Positions 30,876 to 41,378 of a stretch of DNA of 64,000 bases are shown here, piece after piece. The position numbers were made by a program, and so were the translations under genes. Each line of letters begins with the position of its first letter. Positions within the stretch are counted from its first letter, which is position 1. Under the pieces are notes generated by a model. That model did not search any database and had not been told where the DNA came from. It was given only the letters and a program-made list of their open reading frames with translations. This DNA is from an uncultured Gemmatimonadaceae bacterium (lineage in GTDB: Bacteria > Gemmatimonadota > Gemmatimonadetes > Gemmatimonadales > Gemmatimonadaceae), in the NCBI GenBank assembly GCA_963843845.1, contig CAWJMB010000002.1:3296001-3360000 (forward strand). Reading direction: 5' to 3'.

Positions 30876-32103
30876 ATGCGCGCCACCACACGCCTCCTCG
30901 CCGCGCTCGCGGTGCTCACGTCCTCCGCCGTCGCGCAGCAGCCGACGCCCCCCTCCGCGACCGCCGGCCGCGCGCCGGGCGGTCGCGGGACGGCGATCCG
31001 GCCCGGCGAGTCGTGCCCCCCCGGCACGACCGAGATCCGCCCGCGCAGCTGCCTCGCGCCGCAGAGCGCGCCGCCGAGCATCCTCGACTATCGGCCGCGT
31101 TCGACGCTCGTGACGACGGCGCACGCCGTTCCGCGCGCGAAGTTTCCGGCGATCGACTTTCACGGCCACCCCGGCGGGCTGTTAGGCACCCCCGAGGGGC
31201 TGACGCAGCTCGCCGCCGCGCTCGACTCGCTGAACGTGCGCATGATGATCGCCGCCGACAACATGTCGGGGGAGCGGCTGCAGCGCACGATGGCGTCGAT
31301 CGCCGCGTCGCCGTACAGGGATCGCGTGCGCGTGCTCGCCGGCATCGACTTCCGGAACGTCGGCCCCGGCTGGGCAGCGAAGGCGGTGCAGCAGCTCGAG
31401 GCGGACGTCGCCGCGGGGGCGGTGGGCGTCGGCGAAGTCGGGAAGGGGTTCGGGCTCTCGACGCGCAAGGCCGACGGCTCGCGCCTCAGGCTCGACGATC
31501 CCGAGCTCGGCGCCGATCTGGGCGGCGTGCGCACGGCTCAATCTGCCGGTGTTCATCCACACCGCCGACCCGCAGGAGTTCTTCCAGCCGATCGACAACG
31601 CGAACGAGCGGTGGCTCGAGCTCTCGCTCTTCCCCGAGCGGCGCTACCCGCAGGACCAGTATCCGAGCTTCGAGACGCTGATGACGGAGCGCGACAACCT
31701 GTTCCGCCGCAACCCGAAGACGACGTTCGTCACCGCGCACCTCGGCTGGCACGCGAACGACCTCGCGCGGCTCGGCCGCATGTTCGACGCGATGCCGAAC
31801 GTGTACTCCGAAGTCGGCGCGGTGCTCTACGACATCGGCCGGCAGCCGCGGCAGGCGCGCGACTTCTTCGTGAAGTACCAGGACCGCATCCTGTTCGGGA
31901 AGGACTCGTTCCAGCCGGAGGAGTATCCCTACTACTGGCGCGTGTTCGAGACGCGCGACGACTACTTCGACTACTACCGTCCGTATCACGCGTTCTGGAA
32001 GCTCTACGGCATCGACCTGCCGGACGCGGTGCTGAAGAAGGTGTACTACGCGAACGTCCTGCGCATCACGAGCCGACTGCCGCAGACCGGCTGGCCGCGC
32101 TAG
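30876..32103 (+). CDS. Secreted amidohydrolase-2 family metallohydrolase; frameshift near 31510
   Basis: Signal peptide, IDFHGH, VFIHTADP, AHLG, DRILFGKD, LKKVYYAN. Confidence 0.88.
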
Positions 32104-32149
32104 CGACACTCGCGGCGCCCGCGGCGATCGCGCGCGGTCATATTCCGGC

Positions 32150-32938
32150 ATGCTACAGGTCGCGGATCTTCGGAAGAGCTACGACGGCACGCCGGCGGTG
32201 CGCGGGCTCTCGTTCGCCGTGCCCGCCGGCGAAGTGTTGGGCCTCGTCGGCCCGAACGGCGCGGGGAAGACGACGACGCTCCGCTGTCTGGCCGGCATCC
32301 TGCGCCCGAACGCGGGGCGCGTCGTCGTCGGCGGCATCGACGTCGCCGCCGACCCGGTCGCGGCGAAGCGCAAGCTCGCCTTCGTGCCCGACGAGCCGCA
32401 CCTGTTCGAGTACCTGACGGTCGAGGAGCATCTGCGCTTCGTCGCGCGACTCTACCAGGTCCCGAACGCCGAGTCGCGGTTCGCGCCGCTGCTCGACGAG
32501 CTGGAGCTGACGGCGAAGCGGCGCGCGCTCCCCGACGAGCTGTCGCGCGGCATGAAGCAGAAGCTCGCGATCGCCTGTGCGCTGCTGCACGACCCCGAAC
32601 TGCTCCTGCTCGACGAGCCGCTCACGGGGCTCGATCCGGTCGGCATTCGCCGCATGAAGGCGACGATCGCGGCGCGTGCCGGGAGCGGCACGTCGATCGT
32701 GCTCAGCTCGCACCTGCTGCACCTCGTCGAGCAGCTGTGCACGCGGCTGCTCGTGGTGCGGCAGGGGCGGATGGTCGCGTACGGCACGGTCGAGGACATC
32801 GTGGCCGAACGCCCCGCCCTGGCGGGGCTCGCCCTCGAAGAGCTGTTCGTCGCGCTCACCGAGCCCGACGCGACCGACGTGCTCGCGGCGACGACGCTGT
32901 CGCCGGCGACGTCTTCGCCAGCGCCGCCCGCCGCCTGA
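32150..32938 (+). CDS. ABC transporter ATP-binding protein
   Basis: GPNGAGKTT, LSRGMKQK, LLLDEP, SSH. Confidence 0.95.
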   Translation: MLQVADLRKSYDGTPAVRGLSFAVPAGEVLGLVGPNGAGKTTTLRCLAGILRPNAGRVVVGGIDVAADPVAAKRKLAFVPDEPHLFEYLTVEEHLRFVARLYQVPNAESRFAPLLDELELTAKRRALPDELSRGMKQKLAIACALLHDPELLLLDEPLTGLDPVGIRRMKATIAARAGSGTSIVLSSHLLHLVEQLCTRLLVVRQGRMVAYGTVEDIVAERPALAGLALEELFVALTEPDATDVLAATTLSPATSSPAPPAA

Positions 32939-32943
32939 CGGTC

Positions 32944-34674
32944 GTGACCTCGGCGCTCGTCTATCTCGCGGCCGCGTCGCTCCGCAACCGGACGCGGCGT
33001 CAGCTGCTGCGCCTTCGCTCGCCGCGCTACCTCGTCGCGCTGCTCGCCGGCGGCGCGTACATGTGGTGGTTCCTGCTCCGCCCCGCGCAGCGGGGGGGCG
33101 CCGCGGCGATGCTCGACGACGCCTGGGCGCTGCGCCTCGCGTCGCTCGGCTTCGCGCTGCTCGCGGCGAAGTGGTGGGTCGTCGGCGCCGACGAGCGCGC
33201 CCTCGCGTTCACGCCGGCCGAGCTGCACCTGCTCTTTCCGGCGCCGATCACGCGACGCGCGCTCGTCGCGACGAAGTTGGTGCGCGCGCAACTGCTCATC
33301 CTCGTCAACACCGTCGTCTGGTCGGTGCTGCTGCGCGGCGACGGCCTGCACCTCTCGGCGTGGCGGCGCGCGCTGGGGCTGTGGATCCTCTTCTCCACGC
33401 TCTACCTGCACCGACTCGGCGCCGCCCTCACGATGGCGAGCATCAGGCGGCACGGCGGCGCGGGGCGGCGGCGCCAGCTCCTGCCGGCGCTCGTCGTCGG
33501 CGGCGCGGCAGCCGCGCTGCTCTACGCGATGACCCAGGCGGGGCCGGCGGTGGGCAGGGCGTGGACGTTCGGGCCGCTGTCGACGCTGCGCGTGTTGGGC
33601 CAGCAGCTCGACGCGCCGGTGCCGCGCGTCGTGCTCGCGCCGTTCCGCGCGCTGCTCGGGCCGGCGCTCGCGGTGGACGCGACGGCGTGGCTGCGGACGG
33701 TCGGCGTCGCGCTGGCGCTGCTCGCGCTGCACGCGCTCTGGGTGCTGCGCACCGACGCCGCGTTCGAGGAGGCCGCCGTCGAGGCCTCGGAGCGGCTCGC
33801 CGTCGCGCGCGAGGCACGGGCGCGCCGCTCGACGATCGAGCCGGCGACGACGACCAGCGGATCGGGCGTGCGGCGCCGCCGCACCATTCCGCTGCGCTCG
33901 ACGGGTCTGCCGGCGGTCGCCATCCTCTGGAAGAACGCGATCGCCGCGCTCCGCGCCGGGACGCTCGTGCGCCAGCTCGTCCTGTTGGGCGGGCTCGCGG
34001 TGGCGGTGTTCCTGCTCTCGGTGCGCGACGAGCGCGTCGCCGAGGTCGCGACGATCGTCGCCGCCGTGTGGGGGGCGATGCTCGTGCTCGCCGGCCCGCT
34101 CTGGGTGCGCTTCGACCTGCGACAGGATATGCCGAACCTCGCGATCCTGCGCGCGTGGCCGCTCAGCGGGCGGCAGATCGTCGCCGCGCAGATCGCCGCG
34201 TCGACGGCGGCGCTCACGGTGTTTCAGTATCTGCTGATCGGCGCCCTGCTCGCGGCGAGTGCGTTAGGCAGGGTGCCGCTCGCGGTGCACGATCGGGTCG
34301 CGTTCGCGGCGGCGGCGGCGCTCGCGCTGCCGGGGATCAACGCGGCGAACCTCACGGTGCAGAACGCGGCCGTGCTGCTGCTTCCCGGCTGGGTGCGCAC
34401 GGGCGGCGGCGCGCGCGGCGTCGAGGCCATGGGGCAGAGCCTCGTGTCGATCGGGATCGCGCTCGCGATTCTCTCCGTGTTGCTCGCTGCGCCGGCGGCA
34501 CTCGCGTGGGGCGCCGTGCTCGCGATGCATGCCGCATCGGTGCAGTCGGTCGGAACGACGTGGGTCTTCGTCCCCGCGGCCGCGGTGGGCACCCTCGCCG
34601 CCGCGGTCGAGCTGGTGCCGATCCTGACGTGGCTCGGTCACGTGTTCGAGCGCACGGAGCCGACGACGGTGTGA
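32944..34674 (+). CDS. Putative ABC exporter permease
   Basis: Many TM helices, 'LAFTPAELHLLFPAP', 'AILWKN', 'RFDLRQD'; follows the ATPase by 5 bp. Confidence 0.8.
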   Translation: MTSALVYLAAASLRNRTRRQLLRLRSPRYLVALLAGGAYMWWFLLRPAQRGGAAAMLDDAWALRLASLGFALLAAKWWVVGADERALAFTPAELHLLFPAPITRRALVATKLVRAQLLILVNTVVWSVLLRGDGLHLSAWRRALGLWILFSTLYLHRLGAALTMASIRRHGGAGRRRQLLPALVVGGAAAALLYAMTQAGPAVGRAWTFGPLSTLRVLGQQLDAPVPRVVLAPFRALLGPALAVDATAWLRTVGVALALLALHALWVLRTDAAFEEAAVEASERLAVAREARARRSTIEPATTTSGSGVRRRRTIPLRSTGLPAVAILWKNAIAALRAGTLVRQLVLLGGLAVAVFLLSVRDERVAEVATIVAAVWGAMLVLAGPLWVRFDLRQDMPNLAILRAWPLSGRQIVAAQIAASTAALTVFQYLLIGALLAASALGRVPLAVHDRVAFAAAAALALPGINAANLTVQNAAVLLLPGWVRTGGGARGVEAMGQSLVSIGIALAILSVLLAAPAALAWGAVLAMHAASVQSVGTTWVFVPAAAVGTLAAAVELVPILTWLGHVFERTEPTTV

Positions 34675-34809
34675 CGAGCGTGCGGTGATCGTCGCGACCA
34701 TTCCGAGCCGGCGACTCGCTGACGCGTTCGCCGGCTCCTGCCGCGGCGAGGGAGGCGAGACGCCGGCGTCGCATCGTGCCACCGAGCCGCGGATCAACAC
34801 GACGCGGCC

Positions 34810-34840
34810 GATCGCGCCGATCGCTCGGATCGGCGCGATC
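34810..34840. terminator. Hairpin between convergent genes
   Basis: gatcgcgccgatc-gctcg-gatcggcgcgatc, a perfect 13-bp stem; no U-tract. Confidence 0.5.
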
Positions 34841-34857
34841 ACCTCAGCGCGGCGCCG

Positions 34858-35082
34858 TCAGTGCGGCCGGTCCGGATCGAGCTTGCGCTGCACCTCGCCG
34901 ATCTTGTCCTGCACCTTCCCCTTCAGCTGATCGGCCTTCCCCTCGGCCTGCAGGCTCTTGTCGCCGGTGAGCCCGCCCACGGCATCCTTGATGTGCCCCT
35001 TCACGTGGTCGGCCTTGCCTTCGGCCGAGTTCTCGACGCCGCGCTCGGTGAGCGAGCGATCGTCCCCTGGATGATCCGCCAT
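34858..35082 (-). CDS. CsbD-family stress protein
   Basis: EGKADHVKGHIKDAVGGLTGDKSLQAEGKADQLKGKVQDKIG. Confidence 0.9.
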   Translation of the reverse strand: MADHPGDDRSLTERGVENSAEGKADHVKGHIKDAVGGLTGDKSLQAEGKADQLKGKVQDKIGEVQRKLDPDRPH

Positions 35083-35250
35083 GCGCTGTAGCCTCCTGAA
35101 GTGCCGGCGCCGGCGAGAACGTCGCGGTCCCCGCGCGCCGAACGTGGACCCCGTCACATGGCAAACCTCGGTCCGCCGACGCCCGCGCGTGGCTATCTTT
35201 CGACCCGACCATCGCCTCACCGCACCGACGTTCCCGCTGCAATCGCCGCC

Positions 35251-35859
35251 ATGCCCGACGCGTACGATCCCGACGCAGACGACGAGTTCGAGCCCGACGA
35301 CGCCGACCCGACCGGCGACGACGGAGACGACGAGGACGGGAGCGCGCGCCCCGCAGTGTTCGTGACGACGTCGCAGTCCGTGCCCATCCGCGTCGACCGC
35401 ATCGACGACGAGCGCGCGCCGGGGGGGATGGCGCTCGCGTCGTACATCGAAGACCGCCTGATCGCGCGCAGCGCGATGGACGCCGAGTCGATCGACCGGC
35501 TGCTCGCCCTCGGGCTGTTCAACGAGCCGGTGCCGCTCGGGCTGTTCGCCTACGAGGAGGAGCCGGGGCTGCAGTGCCGGCTGTTCGCGCTCGTGCGCTC
35601 GGATGCGCTCCGCGAAGCGGCGAACGCCGACGAACCGTGGAAGGCGAGCGTGCCGAGCTTCGAGGACCGCGAGGACGACGAGAACGGCCCGTCCGTGGAG
35701 ACGATCCTCCTCGGCCACATCGTCCGCTTCGCGGGGGACCGGCAACACCCCGACGACCTCGCGGCGGAGGCCGTCGACATCCTCCAGCGGATCCTCGTCG
35801 GCGGGCCCCTCGCCGACGCGAGTCAGAAGGCGATCGACGACCTGCTCAACAACCTCTGA
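35251..35859 (+). CDS. Acidic hypothetical protein
   Basis: Intact 202-aa ORF with typical codon use and a D/E-rich N-terminus. Confidence 0.75.
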   Translation: MPDAYDPDADDEFEPDDADPTGDDGDDEDGSARPAVFVTTSQSVPIRVDRIDDERAPGGMALASYIEDRLIARSAMDAESIDRLLALGLFNEPVPLGLFAYEEEPGLQCRLFALVRSDALREAANADEPWKASVPSFEDREDDENGPSVETILLGHIVRFAGDRQHPDDLAAEAVDILQRILVGGPLADASQKAIDDLLNNL

Positions 35860-35860
35860 A

Positions 35861-35888
35861 CGAACGGCGGCCTCTCGGCCGCCGTTCG
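35861..35888. terminator. Hairpin between convergent genes
   Basis: CGAACGGCGGCC-tctc-GGCCGCCGTTCG, a perfect 12-bp stem. Confidence 0.65.
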
Positions 35889-35895
35889 GCCGTCG

Positions 35896-36129
35896 TCACG
35901 CCGCCCTGCGCTGCGACTGGGGCCGCCAGAGGCCGTCGCCGAACGCGGCGCGCACGTACTCGTAGCGTGCCGGCGGGAACCCTTCGACGCCGATCTGCAG
36001 CGTCTCGCCGTCGATCACCGACGAGTGCTCGGCGATCGCCGAGAGCGCGTCGTCGAACGAGTCCGTCTGGACCGCGCCTGCCTGCCGTACCGCGCCGTCC
36101 CGATCGATCGCGAACTTGAACCGAGGCAT
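35896..36129 (-). CDS. Small hypothetical protein (77 aa)
   Basis: MPRFKFAIDRDG..IGVEGFPPARYE; GGAGGG RBS upstream and a TATGAT -10-like element near 36208-36213. Confidence 0.7.
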   Translation of the reverse strand: MPRFKFAIDRDGAVRQAGAVQTDSFDDALSAIAEHSSVIDGETLQIGVEGFPPARYEYVRAAFGDGLWRPQSQRRAA

Positions 36130-36257
36130 CGTCCCCTCCGCTGAATTCGTCAGCCACCCGGTGCCGCATGCCACGGCGGTTCGCGAATGCGAGTGCCGTG
36201 CCGACAGATCATACACCGCGCGCGCCTAACGGTTCGCCGCGTGTCCGCCCGCATCCG

Positions 36258-38873
36258 CTACGGGTTCAGCCAGTACGACACCTTCACGAGCAGCGTGTTG
36301 TTCGGGTGCAGCGACAGCAGCTCCCGCGCGTCGCTCCCGACGTCGAAGCGCGACGCGACCGGCAGGTACGCCTCGCGACCGTGCTGCCAGACGAGGAACA
36401 GCACGGAGCCCGGCCGGTACTCCCACCGCGCCACCGCGTTGGCGCGCACCTGCTTGAAATCGAAGCCCCCCGGGTCGCGGCCGGTGCCGTACGGCACGAA
36501 CCGGTCGGCGAAGCGCGCGGCGCGCGGGTCCCCGAGCTGACGCCAGTCGCTGTACTGCCCCGTGCTCACGTACGGCGCCGCGTAGCCTTGCAGTGAGAGC
36601 GTCGGGGAGACCGTGTAGTTGAGCCGCCCCGTCAGGCTCACCGTCGACTGATCGAGCCGCGCGAAGGTGTAGTGTGTCGTGTCCGCGCCGATCGCGCCGA
36701 AGTTGCCGAGCCACTGCGCGGCGTTGATCGCGTGGTCCATGTTCACCCCGAGCGACGCGGAGAGCTGACTCGCGATGCGCACGTCGGCGCTCGGTGAGAC
36801 GGAGAAGCTGCTCGAGCGCCCTTCCTGGCCGCGCGAGCCGCCGATGAAGACGCTGGGGACGACGGAGCGGCGCCCGTCGCCGTTCCAGCCGGACCAGAAG
36901 TTCACCGACGGCGCGTTGCGGACCGCCGGCCCCCCGCGCGCGACGCGGTCGTCGTAGGTCGCGAGGAATCCGTTGTAGTTGACACCGACGTGCAGCCAGT
37001 TCGTGTTGCGGAACTGCACATGGTGATTCGTGTTCACCCCCACCGCCGTCGGCAGCCCGCCGGTCGACCACGTGGTGAACGTGTTGAAGTTCATCTGCAG
37101 GCTGCGATAGAACGGCGTCGGCCGCTGGAACTGCAGCGCGAACCAGTTGCGGAACAGCTGCTGGTCGGCGCGTGCCTGGAAGCCGAGATCGTTCGTCTCG
37201 TAGCCCGGCGAGTAGCGCTGGTAGACCGACTGGAAGCGCGTGTGTCCGCCGCCGAACTTGCTGACCGACAGCCGCTGCGCGTCGCCGCCCAACGCCGTGC
37301 GCGCCGGGTCGTAGTCGAGTCCCGCGTCGGGACGCTGGTAGCGGTGCACGCCGTCGCGCTGTAGGCCCGCGATCGCCTGCTCCGACCCCTCGACGCGGCT
37401 CGCCGAGAGCATCGCGTGGATCTCGTAGAAGCGCTTGTAGAAGCGGTGCCGGACGTCGACGCCCCCCGTGTACGCCGCGCGGCGGAGGTACGCGCCCGTC
37501 ACGTCGTCGACGTCACGGTTGACCGCGGTGACGATCGCGCCGATGCCGCTCTGCCCCTGACGCAGGTCCTGCAGCGCCCGCGCCGCGACGTAGTTCGTGC
37601 GCGGCTCGATGATCCCCCGCGCGCCGTCCTGCCGCGTCGTCACCGCGTCGAGCACGCCGAGCGACAGCCCATTGCCGAGGCGGCCCGTGAGCTTCGAGGC
37701 GCCGGCGATGCGCGTGAAGGCCGGGCTCGACGCGTCGCCGAACCGTCCGCTGAGCTGCGGGGAGCGGCCGATGCGCCGCGAGTAGAACAGCCCCGTGCAC
37801 CCGGTGTCGATGTCGTTGCACGCCGTACGGAAGTTGAAGATCCCCGCGCCCTCGAGGAAGAACGGCCGCCGCTCCTCGAAGTACTGCTCGAACGCGGAGA
37901 GGTTGAGCACCGACGGGTCCGTCTCGACCTGCCCGAAGTCCGGGTTCACCGTCGCGTCGAGCGTGAGGTTCGACGTGAGGCCGTACTTGAGGTCCGCGCC
38001 GACCGTCGCGGCGCTCGGGTGCGTGTAGCCGAGCGCGCCGCCGACGGGCGCCTGCGTCGAGCGCGTCGCGACCACGTACGGCGCGACCTCGAGGCGGCGC
38101 GGCGACGGCAGCGACGTGAGGCCGCGCAGGTCGCCGGCCTGCGACACGTAGCCCTGCCGGTCGCGGCGGAACAGCGGCCAGCTGACGCGCTCACCGGTGC
38201 GCTGGATGTCGCGCACGATGAGCAGGCCGAACGAGTGCTCCGGCACCGTCGGGAAGCGCAGCTGGCTGAACGGGATGCGGAACTCCGCGACCCAGCCCGA
38301 CGAGTCGACGTGCGCCGCGCCCTGCCACACGCCGTCCCACGTCACGTCCTCGACGTTGTCGTTGTAGACGATGAAGTCGCGCTTCACGCCGGCCGGGTTC
38401 AGGCAGAACTGGAAGGCCGTGCGGCGGTCGTGATACGAGTCGATCACGAGCTTGATCTGCTCGCTCGCCGTGCGCACGTCGCGGCGGCTGAGCAGCGACA
38501 CGATGCTGTCCGGCGCCGGGTCGTGCATGCGCACCAGCACGAACAGCGCCTTGTCGTCGTACAGCACGCGCGCCTCGGTCCTGAACCGCGTCTCCGCGCC
38601 GGGCTTCGGGTCGTACTCGAGGAACTGATCGATGATCTGCGCGTCTCGCCAGGCGACGTCGCCATCGCGCCCGTCGACGACCGGCGCCTGTGTCGTGCGC
38701 CGCGCGACGGCGGTCGTCGCGGTCGCCCGCGCAGCCATCGGGTCGTCGGGCGGCGCGACGACCGTCGTGGCGAGCGGCGCGGCGGCGGCCGGACGGGTGG
38801 CGACCTGCTGTGCGGAGAGCAGCGCCGGCGCGGCGAGCGCGACGCCGCACAGACGGAAAAGCGAGGGGCCCAT
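36258..38873 (-). CDS. DUF5916 / CBM9-like outer-membrane protein
   Basis: Signal peptide, 'PVVDG..W', GWVAEFRIPFSQLRF, LDATVNPDFGQVETD, EERRPFFLEG, FYSRRIGR, C-terminal KVSYWLNP. Confidence 0.88.
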   Translation of the reverse strand: MGPSLFRLCGVALAAPALLSAQQVATRPAAAAPLATTVVAPPDDPMAARATATTAVARRTTQAPVVDGRDGDVAWRDAQIIDQFLEYDPKPGAETRFRTEARVLYDDKALFVLVRMHDPAPDSIVSLLSRRDVRTASEQIKLVIDSYHDRRTAFQFCLNPAGVKRDFIVYNDNVEDVTWDGVWQGAAHVDSSGWVAEFRIPFSQLRFPTVPEHSFGLLIVRDIQRTGERVSWPLFRRDRQGYVSQAGDLRGLTSLPSPRRLEVAPYVVATRSTQAPVGGALGYTHPSAATVGADLKYGLTSNLTLDATVNPDFGQVETDPSVLNLSAFEQYFEERRPFFLEGAGIFNFRTACNDIDTGCTGLFYSRRIGRSPQLSGRFGDASSPAFTRIAGASKLTGRLGNGLSLGVLDAVTTRQDGARGIIEPRTNYVAARALQDLRQGQSGIGAIVTAVNRDVDDVTGAYLRRAAYTGGVDVRHRFYKRFYEIHAMLSASRVEGSEQAIAGLQRDGVHRYQRPDAGLDYDPARTALGGDAQRLSVSKFGGGHTRFQSVYQRYSPGYETNDLGFQARADQQLFRNWFALQFQRPTPFYRSLQMNFNTFTTWSTGGLPTAVGVNTNHHVQFRNTNWLHVGVNYNGFLATYDDRVARGGPAVRNAPSVNFWSGWNGDGRRSVVPSVFIGGSRGQEGRSSSFSVSPSADVRIASQLSASLGVNMDHAINAAQWLGNFGAIGADTTHYTFARLDQSTVSLTGRLNYTVSPTLSLQGYAAPYVSTGQYSDWRQLGDPRAARFADRFVPYGTGRDPGGFDFKQVRANAVARWEYRPGSVLFLVWQHGREAYLPVASRFDVGSDARELLSLHPNNTLLVKVSYWLNP

Positions 38874-39024
38874 GCGTGACACCTGCGGGTGGGTGAGCGA
38901 CTCGGTCGGGGAGCGCCAGATCGACCGGTCACGGCTCCTTGGACGGCGAGATCGCGGAAAGGGTTTGTCGGTGCGGCGCGGCCACGGTCGTGGCATTACA
39001 CTTCGATCGACCTCTCCCTCGCCT

Positions 39025-39855
39025 ATGCGCACGCTGCAGCTCGCCCCGATCTCGGGCCGGCGTGGCCTGGCGCCAGACGCTGCGCGGTGGCTCGCGACCA
39101 GTCTGGCGCTCCACCTGCTCGTGCTACTCCCGTCCCTCCTCGGCGTCGCCCCGCGGCTGACGGCGGACGAGCTCCCCACGGAACAGTTGATCTTCCTCGC
39201 GCCGCTCCTGCCGAGGAAGGTGCCGTCGGGCGACGTCGCGCAGCAGCAGGACGGCGTCAGCGGCGTGCCGATCCACTTCGGCACCTTCACCGAATCGGTG
39301 ATCGGCGCGGGCGCGGTCGCCGGCCCGATCGTCGGCCGGTCGAGCGGCACGGGGACCGTGCTCGCGACGGCGGACAGCGCCCTGCCGGTCGCCCCCGCCG
39401 CCGACTCGGCGAGCGCGGGAGACGAGAACATCTACCAGGCGGTGGACGTCGACCGCGAAGTCGCGCGCGACGCGGACGGCGCGGCGCCCATCTACCCGGA
39501 GCCGCTCCGGCTGACCGGCGTGCAGGGCGCGGCGACGGCGGAGTTCGTCGTCGACACGCTGGGCCGCGTGGAGGCGGGGTCGTTCCACATCGTCGGCGCG
39601 ACGCACCCGCTCTTCGCCGCCGCGGTACGCGACGCGTCCGCCGGCATGCGCTTCCGCCCCGCGATCCGCGCCGGGCGCGCCGTGCGGCAGCAGGTCCTGC
39701 AGAACTTCCAGTTCAAGCTCGAGGCGGCCGGGCAGACGCCGACGAGAGCCGATACCACCCGTGTGCCTTCGCCTGTCGTCCCGAGCGCAGCGACGAACGA
39801 CGGACGGTTCACCGCTTCTCGACTTTCGCCGCTCCCGGCTCGAAGCGCGCGATGA
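39025..39855 (+). CDS. TonB-family energy transducer
   Basis: TM 'SLALHLLVLL' (SxxxH motif); TonB_C 'PIYPEPLRLTGVQG..EFVVDTLGRV..F.PA..GRAVRQ'. Confidence 0.85.
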   Translation: MRTLQLAPISGRRGLAPDAARWLATSLALHLLVLLPSLLGVAPRLTADELPTEQLIFLAPLLPRKVPSGDVAQQQDGVSGVPIHFGTFTESVIGAGAVAGPIVGRSSGTGTVLATADSALPVAPAADSASAGDENIYQAVDVDREVARDADGAAPIYPEPLRLTGVQGAATAEFVVDTLGRVEAGSFHIVGATHPLFAAAVRDASAGMRFRPAIRAGRAVRQQVLQNFQFKLEAAGQTPTRADTTRVPSPVVPSAATNDGRFTASRLSPLPARSAR

Positions 39856-40987
39856 GATGCACGAGCTGGCGCACCGTCTCGCCGCGGTGCATGGCGGGGA
39901 TGAAGCGCAGGCGCTCGACCGCTCGCAGCGCCGACTCCGCCAACTCGCGATCGCTCAGCGCCACGACACCGAGCGACGACCGCTCGACGGCGCCGATCGT
40001 GTCGACGACGAGCTCGATGACGACCGTCCCGCCCGTCCCCGACGCGCGCTGCGCCGCCGGATAGCCCGGCGCGAACGCGGCGCTGTCGACGACGCGGACG
40101 GGGCGATCGACGTCGCCCGGCAGGCGCACCGCGGCCGGCTCGACGACACTCGCGACGTCGTACTCGCCGACACCGCCGTCGCCGCCGCGCCGCGTCCAGA
40201 AACCCACCGCGCCGCACGACGCCGCGTCGCCGCTGTGGTACTCGATCGGGAGTGCCGAGATGTCGGGGTAGACTTCCACACCGGTGAGCGACTGCGGTGA
40301 CAGCATGTCGATGTCGAAGCCGCGCGTTCCGGTCGAGGTGCCGTCGATGAACACCGTGGCGTAACAGGTCGCGCCGCGCATCCGCACGTAGTTCCCCGCC
40401 CCCGCCGAGACGAGCGTGACACCGCGCATGCCGCGGAGCAGGATCGACGTGCGGTTCGGCGCCAGCCGCGCGATCTGCTCGCGCGTCAGGAACTGGCCGC
40501 GGCGCAGGCGCAGATGGCGGAAGAACATCGCGTCGCGTCCGACGTACTCGCTCCCCTCCCGCACGACGGCCGCGAGCGTCGGCGTCACGGTCGGCGTCAG
40601 CGCGACGGTCGCGACGTGCATCGTGCGACGGCCGTGCGAGACCGAGGCGGCCGGCGCGACGACCTGCCCCTCGCGAAAGCCGCGGCGCCGCACGACGAGC
40701 AGGCTGCTGTCGCGAACCGGGAGCGTGAACTGGTACTCACCGTCGGTGTTGGTCGTCGCGGCGATGCTCGTGTCCGCGCCGCCGTTCGCACCGACGAGCC
40801 AGACCGTCGCGCCGACGACGCCCGCGCCGTCCGCGAGTCGGACGGCACCGCGCACGGTCGTCCGCGGCGCCGGCTGGGCCAGCAGTGGTGCGGCGAGTGG
40901 CGCGGCGAGTGGCGCGGCGAGTGCGATCCGCGCGACCGACGTCCAGCGAACGAGGCACCGCACGGACGGGGAGACGGCGAGCGGCAT
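39809..40987 (-). CDS. Secreted fusion: carboxypeptidase-regulatory-like domain, plug-like domain and TonB C-terminal domain
   Basis: 'VRGAVRLADGAGVVGATV..TNTDGEY', 'VFIDG..DIDML..VEVY..CG.V..WT', 'PGYP..G.V....VVDTIG..RFIPA..GETVRQ'. Confidence 0.8.
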   Translation of the reverse strand: MPLAVSPSVRCLVRWTSVARIALAAPLAAPLAAPLLAQPAPRTTVRGAVRLADGAGVVGATVWLVGANGGADTSIAATTNTDGEYQFTLPVRDSSLLVVRRRGFREGQVVAPAASVSHGRRTMHVATVALTPTVTPTLAAVVREGSEYVGRDAMFFRHLRLRRGQFLTREQIARLAPNRTSILLRGMRGVTLVSAGAGNYVRMRGATCYATVFIDGTSTGTRGFDIDMLSPQSLTGVEVYPDISALPIEYHSGDAASCGAVGFWTRRGGDGGVGEYDVASVVEPAAVRLPGDVDRPVRVVDSAAFAPGYPAAQRASGTGGTVVIELVVDTIGAVERSSLGVVALSDRELAESALRAVERLRFIPAMHRGETVRQLVHLIARFEPGAAKVEKR

Positions 40988-41104
40988 GGACGGCAGGACG
41001 GGGGGGGAGAGGCGCTCGCTACGGGGACCCCGGGTCCGGCCTGGACGCCACTCGGGCCGGCGTCGGCGCCGCCGGCGCACGCGGCGTCGGCACCCCTCCT
41101 CCGG

Positions 41105-41377
41105 TCACCCGTTCGGCGTCACCGCCGGCGGCCCGGCCACGTCGCGCACGACGACGATCTTGTAGTTCGCCGCGAGCGCCGCGATCCCGCCGAGCGCCGC
41201 CCACACCGGCAGCAGCGCCGCGCCGACGAGGCCAGCCGAGAGCGGAAGGTCGAGGATCGTGCGCCCGCTCGCGTTCTGCACCATCACGCGGCGCACGTTC
41301 CCCTCGCGGAGGATCGTCTTGAGCGTCGCCTTCAGCTTGCCGCCGGCGACGGAGATCTCTTCGGTATAGGTCGACAT
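41105..41377 (-). CDS. DUF4342-like small protein
   Basis: EEISV....L...LK.ILREGNVRRV..GRTILDLPL..G.VGA...P..AALG.IAAL. Confidence 0.8.
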   Translation of the reverse strand: MSTYTEEISVAGGKLKATLKTILREGNVRRVMVQNASGRTILDLPLSAGLVGAALLPVWAALGGIAALAANYKIVVVRDVAGPPAVTPNG

Positions 41378-41378
41378 G

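Noticed and set aside
35155..35200. c-di-GMP-I riboswitch candidate (GGCAAACC)
   Set aside because: It lacks the GNRA-capped P2 stem and the downstream GCAAAG element.
40886..40924. 12-bp tandem repeat
   Set aside because: It only encodes LAAP repeats in a signal peptide, a common low-complexity feature.
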